A stretch of 64,000 nt of DNA, taken from NCBI GenBank assembly GCA_963779885.1, contig CAWAAN010000024.1, positions 78,277 through 142,276 on the forward strand, in the 5' to 3' direction. Positions 54,383 through 62,602 of this stretch are shown here, piece after piece. This DNA comes from an uncultured delta proteobacterium. Its GTDB lineage: Bacteria; Desulfobacterota; Desulfobacteria; Desulfobacterales; SG8-13. Made by a program: the position numbers and the translations under genes. Under the pieces are notes generated by a model. The model saw nothing but the letters and a program-made list of their open reading frames with translations. It was not told where the DNA came from and made no database searches. Each line of letters opens with the position of its first letter. Position 1 is the stretch's first letter.

Positions 54383-56713
54383 ATGGACCAGCAGATTTAT
54401 CAATACCTATCGGGCATGCCCCATTTTTCTTTCCTGCCCAGGGAAGAACGCCAAAATATTGCGGCCGCCGCCGTCGAGGAAGGCCACGCCAAGGGCACGC
54501 CGTATGCCATGCAGGGACAGACCAAGGTCGATAGCATTTTCATTGTGAGAAAGGGCTCGCTGGCGCTTTTCGACGAGAGAATAGACGATGAGAAACCGAC
54601 CGGCCACATCAAACAGGGTGAAGTTTTCGGCGGGATCACGATCCTGCTCAATGCCGGGATATCGTTGCGGACCGCCATTGTGGCGGAGGACTGCACCGGA
54701 TACAGGGTCCCGCAGGAAAATTTTCTGGACCTCTGCACGCGGTATAAAGCTTTTTACGAATATTTCCTGGAAAATTTCAGTCGCAACATCTTCGACACCT
54801 CGCTGGCATCTATCATCGAATCCGGCCAGGCCAAGCACTTTTTGTCGCGCCTGCCGCCTTTCTCGGTTTTACCAGCGGCGGAACTCGATAACATCGTGAC
54901 CGATCTGACGATGGTCCACTATCCCAAGGACACTGTTTTATTCGTGCAGGGCCGCACCCGCGTCGGGTACCTCTACATTCTTCAGAAAGGTTTCGCGGAA
55001 CGTTACTATGAGGAACAAAACAAAAAAACGATGGTGGAACGGCTGGGCGAAGGCGACATTTACGGCGGCATTTCGATTCTGTTGAACGACGGCATTGCGG
55101 TGCGCACGATGCGGGTGATCGAAAAGTCCTTTTTTTACCTGCTGCCCAAGCAAACGTTTCTCGAGGTCTGCAGGCGATTTGAATCCTTCACCGAGCACTT
55201 CACGGACATTTTCGGCCGCCGCATGCTCGAAAAATCATATGCGAGCATCATCGCCAAGGCCTTGCAGCCCCAGCAGGAGAGCCTGCAATTTTTCAATCAA
55301 CCGGTGGCCAGCATTTACACGCGCCAACCGGTTTTCGGCAGCGTCGACATGACGGTTCAACACGCCGCGCAATTGATGGACCAGAAAAAAATCAGCTCGA
55401 TTTTTCTCAAGACACCCGCTGGCCAGTGTGTGGGCGTCATCACGGAGAAGGACCTGGCCCTGAAGGTGATCGCCCCGGGCCTGGATATCCGGCGGCCGGC
55501 AAAGGACATCATGTCCTCGCCGGTCCGCACGGTTGCCGACCAGGCGCTGATTTTTGAAGCCCTGATGCTGATGATGAAGGAGGACATCCGCCATCTGGCC
55601 GTCATCGATGCCGCCGATGAGGTGGTGGGAATTCTGTCGAGCCGTGATCTCCTGTCGGCTCAAGGGCAGTCGCCGCTGTTTCTGCTGCGGGAAATCACCG
55701 AGGCGGACAGCATGACCCAAATCATCGAGCGCAACCGCCGGATGCCGCAACTGCTCCGCAGCCTGATCACCAGCGGCGCGCGGGCCCAGAACCTGACGCG
55801 CTTCATCACCGCCGTCTCCGACGCCGTTCTCAAAAAGGTCATGGCGTTTACCCTGAAGGAGTTGGGACAGCCGCCGGTTCCATTTGTGTTCATGATCATG
55901 GGCAGCGAAGGCCGGCACGAGCAGACCCTGAAAACCGATCAGGACAATGCCATCGTTTACCAGGACGTCGACAAACAGGGCGAGCCGGCCGTCAGGGAGT
56001 ATTTTTTGAAATTCGGGGAAAAAGCGTGCTCGCTGCTGGACCAGGCCGGTTTTGAATACTGCACCGGTGGTGTGATGGCTCAAAATCCCAAATGGTGCCA
56101 GCCGCTCTCGACCTGGAAGTCTTATTTTTCAGCCTGGATTCATGCGGCCGAACCGGAAGATTTACTCCAGGCCAGCATCTTTTTCGATTTTCGCCATGGC
56201 TATGGAGACGCGTCACTGATCGAGTCCCTGCGAAAACACCTGTTTGCGTCCCTCGAAGGCTGGTCCGGATTTTTTCGGCACCTGACCGAAAATGCCCTGC
56301 ACTTCAAGCCGCCCATTGGCCTTTTTGGCAACTTCGTGGTCGAATCCAAGGGCCAGCACCGCAGCGCCCTGGATATCAAAAGTGCCATGACACCCATCGT
56401 TGATTTCGCCCGTATTTATGCCCTCAAACACAAAATAGAAGAAACGAACACGCTGGAACGCCTGAGTCATCTGCAGTTGAAGAAGGTCATTACGGCCCCC
56501 GAGCACGACGAGATCGAAAAAGCCTATACGTTTTTGATGCAGTTGCGGTTCTTGCGGCAGGTCACGGCGGTTATCGATGAAAAAACCGCGCCCGATAATT
56601 ACATCAATCCGAAAAAACTGACCAACATCGAACAGAAAATGCTGAAGGAAATATTCAAGCGGGTCGAAAATTTTCAGACCAAACTGGAGTTCGAGTTCAC
56701 CGGTTTGGTGTGA
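54383..56713 (+). CDS. signal-transduction protein: two cNMP-binding domains, CBS pair, DUF294 nucleotidyltransferase
   Basis: Trimmed to ATG 54383 (GAGGAG upstream). It has two cNMP-binding-like segments (GEVFGGITILLN, GDIYGGISILLN), a CBS pair, and the nucleotidyltransferase motif IMGSEGRHEQTLKTDQDNAIVY. Confidence 0.85.
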   Translation: MDQQIYQYLSGMPHFSFLPREERQNIAAAAVEEGHAKGTPYAMQGQTKVDSIFIVRKGSLALFDERIDDEKPTGHIKQGEVFGGITILLNAGISLRTAIVAEDCTGYRVPQENFLDLCTRYKAFYEYFLENFSRNIFDTSLASIIESGQAKHFLSRLPPFSVLPAAELDNIVTDLTMVHYPKDTVLFVQGRTRVGYLYILQKGFAERYYEEQNKKTMVERLGEGDIYGGISILLNDGIAVRTMRVIEKSFFYLLPKQTFLEVCRRFESFTEHFTDIFGRRMLEKSYASIIAKALQPQQESLQFFNQPVASIYTRQPVFGSVDMTVQHAAQLMDQKKISSIFLKTPAGQCVGVITEKDLALKVIAPGLDIRRPAKDIMSSPVRTVADQALIFEALMLMMKEDIRHLAVIDAADEVVGILSSRDLLSAQGQSPLFLLREITEADSMTQIIERNRRMPQLLRSLITSGARAQNLTRFITAVSDAVLKKVMAFTLKELGQPPVPFVFMIMGSEGRHEQTLKTDQDNAIVYQDVDKQGEPAVREYFLKFGEKACSLLDQAGFEYCTGGVMAQNPKWCQPLSTWKSYFSAWIHAAEPEDLLQASIFFDFRHGYGDASLIESLRKHLFASLEGWSGFFRHLTENALHFKPPIGLFGNFVVESKGQHRSALDIKSAMTPIVDFARIYALKHKIEETNTLERLSHLQLKKVITAPEHDEIEKAYTFLMQLRFLRQVTAVIDEKTAPDNYINPKKLTNIEQKMLKEIFKRVENFQTKLEFEFTGLV

Positions 56714-56720
56714 GGCGTGC

Positions 56721-56747
56721 GGTCGGCACACCGATCAGGGTTTTTTT
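56721..56747 (+). terminator. possible intrinsic terminator
   Basis: The short stem GGTCGG/CCGATC (with a G-T wobble) is followed by AGGG and T7. Confidence 0.35.
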
Positions 56748-56767
56748 AGGTCGGCAACCATATCGCC

Positions 56768-56968
56768 ATGGAGGTTTTCAAGCAGCTGTCGCTCGAAACC
56801 CAGCTGGCGTGTCTGGAAACCGGCAACACCGTCACCATGTTGCGGTTTATCGAAAACATGGACCCGGATGACCGGGTCGACCCGCTCAAATAAGGCGATG
56901 CCGATATCAGTGAGGCGATCATGCCGCTGATTGCCCAGGCCGCACGCAATGACATCCGGCGCCTGTAA
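56768..56968 (+). pseudogene. possible remnant of an MgtE N-terminal domain with an in-frame stop
   Basis: My translation is [65 protein letters not shown]. The MxPDDxxD..L pattern recalls the MgtE_N domain. No CBS or membrane domains follow. Confidence 0.35.
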
Positions 56969-57060
56969 AGCAGATCTGTTCTGTTTTCGCGTCAGACGGC
57001 GAACGGCCGCCGACGCATTTGCTGACAGGCCGAAACACCCAAGCGCTCAAAGGAGGAAAA

Positions 57061-57219
57061 ATGGATAAGTGGGAATGTCCCTGTGGCTACATCTACGATC
57101 CCGAAGAAGGCGATTTCGAAAACAACATTCAAGCCGGAACGGCGTTCGAGTCCTTGCCCGACGACTGGGTCTGCCCGAAATGCGGGGCCGAAAAGGAGTT
57201 CTTCGAAAAACTGGATTGA
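57061..57219 (+). CDS. rub: rubredoxin (atypical first metal knuckle)
   Basis: Trimmed to ATG 57061 (AAAGGAGG upstream). The sequence is [18 protein letters not shown]...[14 protein letters not shown]. The second knuckle CPKCG is canonical; the first is C-P-C-G rather than C-x-x-C-G. Confidence 0.85.
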   Translation: MDKWECPCGYIYDPEEGDFENNIQAGTAFESLPDDWVCPKCGAEKEFFEKLD

Positions 57220-57251
57220 GCCGTCATGCCCGTTTTAACTCTCATAAGGTC

Positions 57252-58427
57252 ATGATCTCGTGGTTGATCATCGGCGGCGGTATTCACGGGACCTATCTGT
57301 CGCACCTGCTGGTGAATCAGGCCGGTTTAGACCCCGGCGAGGTCCGCGTGCTCGATCCCGACCCGGTGCCGCTGGCGACCTGGCAACGCAATACGACCCG
57401 TTGCGGCATGCGCTACTTGCGCTCGCCGGCCACCCATAACATCGATCTTCCGGTTCTTTCCCTTTACCGGTTCGCCCGGACGGCGGCGGTAAATAAAACG
57501 GCTGTTTTCATCCCGCCTTACAACCGGCCTTCCCTGGCGCTGTTTCAGAAGCATTGCACGCACGTCATCCGGCAGTTCCGGTTGCAGGACTTGCGAATTG
57601 CCGGCCGGGCTTTGGCCCTGCATGACAAGGGGCGCTCGATAACGGCCGAGACCTCGGCCGGTTCGATAAAGACCCGCAATGTTCTTCTGGCGCTCGGACT
57701 GGGTGAACAACCCTATTGGCCGGCTTGGGCGCGCCGGTGGCGGACGGCGGCGCGGATCTGTCATGTGTTCGACCGCGAATTCCAGCTGGCTGATATTTCC
57801 GCGGCCGCTGACGGCGTCATCGTTGTCGGTGCGGGGGTATCGGCCGTTCAGACGGCCCTGATGCTCTCTAAAAGGCTGCCGGGAGCCGTCCGGCTCGTCG
57901 CCCGACACCATCTCAGGGAAAGCCAGTACGATTTCGATCCCTGCTGGATCGGCCCGAAATGCCTGCGCGGCTTCTATCGGCAGGATATTGCCCGGCGACG
58001 CAAAACCATTGACCGCGCCCGGATAGGCGGCAGCCTGCCGGCCGAGGTCTTCGCCGAATTTGACGCCGCTGTCGGCGAAAACCGCCTGAGCTGCCAAAAA
58101 TCCCGCATTCGCCGGGCGGTGGCCGATGGCGGGCGCATTCGACTGGACACCGACCGCAAACCGCTGTGGGCCGACACCGTTGTCCTGGCCACGGGCTTTG
58201 GCTCCCATCGACCGGGAGGGGATTTTATCGATCAGGTTATCGACGAATTTAAATTGAAGTGCGGGCCCTGCGGCTATCCCATCATTGGATGCGACCTGCG
58301 GTGGTCGGCTAACATCTTTGCCACCGGACCCCTGGCCGAACTGCAACTCGGTCCCTGCGCCCGCAATATCATCGGTGCCCGCAATGCCGGCCGGCTCCTG
58401 CTGGGCGCGCTGGAACCCCGGCGTTGA
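57252..58427 (+). CDS. FAD/NAD(P)-binding oxidoreductase (two dinucleotide-binding motifs)
   Basis: Trimmed to ATG 57252; contains LIIGGGIHGTYL and VIVVGAGVSAVQTAL. It starts 32 nt downstream of the rubredoxin gene. Confidence 0.7.
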   Translation: MISWLIIGGGIHGTYLSHLLVNQAGLDPGEVRVLDPDPVPLATWQRNTTRCGMRYLRSPATHNIDLPVLSLYRFARTAAVNKTAVFIPPYNRPSLALFQKHCTHVIRQFRLQDLRIAGRALALHDKGRSITAETSAGSIKTRNVLLALGLGEQPYWPAWARRWRTAARICHVFDREFQLADISAAADGVIVVGAGVSAVQTALMLSKRLPGAVRLVARHHLRESQYDFDPCWIGPKCLRGFYRQDIARRRKTIDRARIGGSLPAEVFAEFDAAVGENRLSCQKSRIRRAVADGGRIRLDTDRKPLWADTVVLATGFGSHRPGGDFIDQVIDEFKLKCGPCGYPIIGCDLRWSANIFATGPLAELQLGPCARNIIGARNAGRLLLGALEPRR

Positions 58428-58659
58428 CCGGACGCTGCTCTGAAACCTCAAAGCGTGACCGCACAGGTTTTCCCTGTCGTTTATCAGGTGGGTAATGTTC
58501 GGGCGGCGTGACGCTCCGTCTTTTTCACCCGTGACTGAAAAAGAGGTTCCACCACCGGCCATTGCCTTATCGACCAAGCGACCTATTTTCCATTCATAAA
58601 CCCACGCGCCGTAACGGCAAAAAGCAACAGGGTACTGGAAACGACACGGGAGGCCTCAA

Positions 58660-58866
58660 ATGACAGAATCCACTAAAGATTGCCCCGAGTGCCGCGGAAC
58701 CGGAAAAATAAGCGCCCAAAACTGCAGCAAGTGCGAGGGCAGCGGCCAAATTATCGTTCATTCCCATAAACATCGCCACGGCGACCGCGAGCATGACCAT
58801 CCTCATCCCCATGGTGAGCCGCACGATCCGAAAGATTTCACCGATCACGAACACGAGCACGGATGA
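58660..58866 (+). CDS. small DnaJ-type zinc-finger protein with His-rich tail
   Basis: CPECRGTGK...CSKCEGSGQ (two CxxCxGxG repeats), then HSHKHRHGDREHDHPHPHGEPHDPKDFTDHEHEHG. Confidence 0.6.
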   Translation: MTESTKDCPECRGTGKISAQNCSKCEGSGQIIVHSHKHRHGDREHDHPHPHGEPHDPKDFTDHEHEHG

Positions 58867-59291
58867 TGCCGGTGCAGGGGCGAAATTTCGGCAAGGGAAA
58901 ACCTCCGGTGGGGAAAAATACAGTTCAGCGGCTGGGCAACCTGGTCACGGTCAAGCTTTTCGACCGCATGATCGACCGCCGAACCCAGGAGTTGAGCCGT
59001 ATGCTGCAGGAGAGCATCGCCGCCGCCGGCGGACGGGTTCGGCTGCTGTTGTCCATCGACACTCCCATGCCGCCGCGCAGTCCCGAAACGCTATTTGAAA
59101 ACCTGCAGTTTCTGCGGCTGCACGCCGAGAGCATCGAACGGATCGCCATTATCGGCAGCAAGTCCTGGGAAAGAACCAGTGTCGGTCTGTTCGGCCTGTT
59201 CGGCGGCATCGATATCGGTTATTTCGATCGCACGGAAGCGGTGGAAGCCGTCCGCTGGCTGCAGGGCCGCGCGCCGGCCCGCGATACCTAA
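58863..59291 (+). CDS. STAS/SpoIIAA-like (DUF3478-type) protein
   Basis: ATGA overlap with the upstream stop. RVRLLLSIDT...FENLQFLRLHAESIERIAIIGSKSWER...AVRWLQ resembles the SpoIIAA-like DUF3478 family. Confidence 0.6.
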   Translation: MMPVQGRNFGKGKPPVGKNTVQRLGNLVTVKLFDRMIDRRTQELSRMLQESIAAAGGRVRLLLSIDTPMPPRSPETLFENLQFLRLHAESIERIAIIGSKSWERTSVGLFGLFGGIDIGYFDRTEAVEAVRWLQGRAPARDT

Positions 59292-59430
59292 CGCTTTTCG
59301 TGACCGTTTTCAGGCCCCATAGACCTTGACATCAAATCCCCGGTTGCCTAAGATCCCCAAAATTTAGATCGGTATCGTCTTTACAGATTCGACATCAACT
59401 TCTTAAATTTGTCTAAACGAGGAGGGGTAA

Positions 59431-60006
59431 ATGGCATCTTTGAAGGGATCGAAAACCGAACACAATCTACTGGCGGCATTTGCCGGCGAGTCCCAGGCGC
59501 GCAACCGCTACGCGATGGCCGCCAAAATCGCCAAGAAAGAGGGATTCGAGCAGATCAGCGGCATTTTTATGGAAACCGCCGACCAGGAACTCGAACACGC
59601 CAAGGTATTTTTCCGTCAGCTGCAGGGCGGTGAAGCCACCATCACGGCCGGATATCCGGCCGGCGTGGTCGGCGGCACGCTCGAGCAATTGAAGGCGGCC
59701 GCCGAAGGGGAGCGCATGGAATGGACGACCCTTTACACCGGCTTTGCCGATGTGGCCGAGCAGGAAAGCTTCAAGGATGCCGCACGACTCTTCAAAGAGG
59801 TCGCCGAAGTCGAACAGTGGCACGAACGCCGCTACAACAAACTGATCGAGGCCGTCCAGGCCGATCGCGTCTTCAAGCGACCGCAGAAGGCGCTCTGGAA
59901 ATGCCGCAACTGCGGCCGCGTCATCGAGGCCGCCGAGGCTCCGGACATCTGCCCGACCTGCAATCATCCACGGGCCTACTTTGAAATCCTGGCTGAAAAC
60001 TATTGA
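59431..60006 (+). CDS. rbr: rubrerythrin
   Basis: LKGSKTEHNLLAAFAGESQARNRY, ELEHAKVF, EGERMEW and EQWHERRY form the diiron four-helix bundle. The C-terminal rubredoxin-like domain is CRNCGRV...CPTCNHP. Confidence 0.92.
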   Translation: MASLKGSKTEHNLLAAFAGESQARNRYAMAAKIAKKEGFEQISGIFMETADQELEHAKVFFRQLQGGEATITAGYPAGVVGGTLEQLKAAAEGERMEWTTLYTGFADVAEQESFKDAARLFKEVAEVEQWHERRYNKLIEAVQADRVFKRPQKALWKCRNCGRVIEAAEAPDICPTCNHPRAYFEILAENY

Positions 60007-60412
60007 GTTTATCGAGCGGCTCGGCCAGTTTCGGACCGGAGATGACGACCGGTTAATCGTTCAGGTCCAGGGTGCACCCGCATTTTGATTCCTCGGCGGC
60101 ATGCATATCCCCAGAACAGCATCCAAAATGGGGTAAATCCGCAACTGAATGTCCCATCCCAAAAGGACATTCATCCGGTCGACGATGTCGTCATGCACGG
60201 CATGACTGGCAGGCAAAGGCATCAACCGTCACGGCTTGCCCTCCAAAAGGGTAAGTGCTCCGGTCAACTCCGGCAAAGGCGATCGAAGTCGCCTATGGCA
60301 CACGGGCCGCGACGGCTCAACGGCCCCGCTGATGACGCTGATGAGAATTGTTGTTTTAGCTGCGGGAACGTCGAACCGGGCAGGTGCGCCGAAACCACCC
60401 GCGTGAACGGCC

Positions 60413-60748
60413 TTATTGAAGCAAGTCGGTATCATCGAACAGCAACTCGACCGAGTCCGGTGCTTTGGAATCGTATAGTTCGATCACCGATTCGGCGATG
60501 GCCTCGGCATAAACGCTGATCGGGTACATATTCCGCGTTCTCAAAACGCCGATCAAAGCCGTCTTGCCTTCCACGATAGCCGAGGTGACATCCTGGCTGT
60601 CGTAGCTTTCTTCGCAAAGCAAAGAATAGTCTTCCTGGTTGATATCCGCAATTTCACTCATCCGCGGAACATTTTCCAATACGGCGAACTCTCGTATATG
60701 AAGTTTTTCAGATGCGTCGTTTTTGGTGATCCGGTATTTTTGCCACAT
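60413..60748 (-). CDS. hypothetical protein
   Basis: Trimmed to ATG 60748 (GGAGG upstream); 111 aa, acidic. No motif recognised. Confidence 0.5.
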   Translation of the reverse strand: MWQKYRITKNDASEKLHIREFAVLENVPRMSEIADINQEDYSLLCEESYDSQDVTSAIVEGKTALIGVLRTRNMYPISVYAEAIAESVIELYDSKAPDSVELLFDDTDLLQ

Positions 60749-61315
60749 GATGACCTCCAGAAGTTGGGGGATTGCGTCTCGAACGAACGAGCGTCCGCGG
60801 GTGCCCACCGAAAAACCGCGGTGCGTGGAATGCGGCGCGAGACGATAACGCCAGCTGAACGCCCGGCATGGTCCTGCCGGCACAAGTCCGTTTTAATCTG
60901 AACGTCTATAGACGAAAAGACAAACCCGGAGGAAAGCACTGCCGGCGACAATCTGGTCGCACAACTGAAACCTGTTTGCGCCGAGACCCACGCCCTTAAC
61001 TGGTCCGCAGAAAGAAAAACCGAGAGAAAAAAATATGCGGATAGACAAATTATCTTTCTGTATTTTCTTACACCATGCGCACCACTCTTGTCAACCCGCT
61101 TACAGTTCGGCGCGCTTGACTTTGCCTTCATTTCTGGTAGTGTAAGCTCTGATAATGGCCGCCCATGGGCATCAATGCCATGCGAAAAACGCTCTTTTTT
61201 CACCCCCTGCTCCTCTTGATTTCTTCTCTTTGCGATCCGTTATTTCCCACTGCTTTGGAAGTTACCGGAAGGGATTGTTTACGGATGGGAAAAGTCACTT
61301 CCACGGAAAGGAGAT

Positions 61316-61741
61316 ATGATGTGCAAGGCCAAGACCGGCGATACCGTGAAGGTTCACTACACCGGACGACTCGCTGACGACACAATTTTCGACACCTCCC
61401 GCGGGAAATCTCCGCTGGAGATTACCATCGGCGCGGGTCGTCTTATCAAGGGATTCGAGGACGGGTTGATTGGAATGACAGTCGGGGAAAAACGACTTCT
61501 CGTCATTCCTCCCGAAGAGGCCTACGGTCCAAGCGACGAGAAGCTTTCTACGACGGTCAGTCGGACCCACCTGCCCGATTCCGTTGAACCGGCGATCGGC
61601 CTGCAGCTTCAGGTCAAGCAAAAAGACGGCTCGACATTCGTGGTGTGGGTCTCCGGGATGGATGCAAAAACGGTTACCCTGGATGCCAACCATCCGCTGG
61701 CGGGCAAGACCCTGCACTTCGAGGTTGAATTGGTCGGCTGA
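61316..61741 (+). CDS. FKBP-type peptidyl-prolyl cis-trans isomerase (SlyD/FkpB-like with insert-in-flap)
   Basis: GDTVKVHYTGRLADDTIFDTS, GFEDGLIGMTVGEKR, VTLDANHPLAGKTLHFEVELV. Confidence 0.85.
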   Translation: MMCKAKTGDTVKVHYTGRLADDTIFDTSRGKSPLEITIGAGRLIKGFEDGLIGMTVGEKRLLVIPPEEAYGPSDEKLSTTVSRTHLPDSVEPAIGLQLQVKQKDGSTFVVWVSGMDAKTVTLDANHPLAGKTLHFEVELVG

Positions 61742-61948
61742 CCCGCACATGCCGTTGATCATTAATTTGCCCACCTATTTCAACCGGGTTAAACCGGGCT
61801 TCTTCCGCAAGCCCCGCCCGGCATCTTAAGTATTGATCTTTCCTTATCTCAATGCTAACGGATGGCATTTATTTTCCGGTTCCCTTTTGGCCTTTTGACG
61901 GTTTTGACGATTTTTTCAAAACTGCGACATCATGGAAGGAGCATAATT

Positions 61949-62506
61949 ATGAAGACGTATGTCGTCAAAGACCTGATGGTCCCGCTGTCGGAATACGCCA
62001 CGGTTTCCGAAGATGCCACGCTCAGCGATGCCATTTCGGCCCTCGAGCAGGCCCAGGAACAATTCGACCAGACCCGCTATCGGCATCGCGCCGTCTTGAT
62101 ATATGACAAAAATCATAAAATCGTGGGTAAAATCAGCCAGCTGGATGCCCTCAAGGCCCTTGAACCGAAATACAACGAGTTGCAGACCGACGGTTCCATT
62201 CGCCATCTGGGGTTCAGCACCAAGTTTATCCAGGGCATGCTGAACCAGTTTTCGCTGTGGGCCTCTCCTCTGAATGACATCTGCAGAAAAGCGGCCGACC
62301 GAAAAATCAAGGATTTTATGTACACCCCCACCGCAGGCGAATACGTTTACGAGGACGCTTCCCTGGATGTGGCCATCCACCAATTGATCATCGGCCACCA
62401 CCAATCGCTGCTGGTAACCGACAAGGCCGGTGAAATCCTCGGCGTCCTGAGGCTTTCCGATGTTTTCGCCGCCGTTTTTCACAAATTGAAGGAGTGTAGA
62501 AGCTAG
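61949..62506 (+). CDS. CBS-pair domain protein
   Basis: Trimmed to ATG 61949 (GGAAGGAG upstream). It has two CBS-like units (VKDLMVPLSEYATV..., IKDFMYTPTAGEYV...HQSLLVTDKAGEILGVLRLSDV). Confidence 0.75.
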   Translation: MKTYVVKDLMVPLSEYATVSEDATLSDAISALEQAQEQFDQTRYRHRAVLIYDKNHKIVGKISQLDALKALEPKYNELQTDGSIRHLGFSTKFIQGMLNQFSLWASPLNDICRKAADRKIKDFMYTPTAGEYVYEDASLDVAIHQLIIGHHQSLLVTDKAGEILGVLRLSDVFAAVFHKLKECRS

Positions 62507-62602
62507 ACGTGTGCGACAAGTGATTGAATCGATCCACGCGATTGATCTGGGCCGGGCGATATCACAACCGCACCGAGCGGCATTGCGGAGGAGGAATACA
62601 GC

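Noticed and set aside
57327-58577. 416-aa ORF antisense to the FAD oxidoreductase gene
   Set aside because: Shadow ORF. The plus-strand gene carries two dinucleotide-binding motifs.
60658-61203. 181-aa minus-strand ORF and neighbouring ORFs between 60007 and 61315
   Set aside because: It overlaps the supported 111-aa gene out of frame, has no SD and has irregular composition. The region is more likely a promoter or leader for the FKBP gene.
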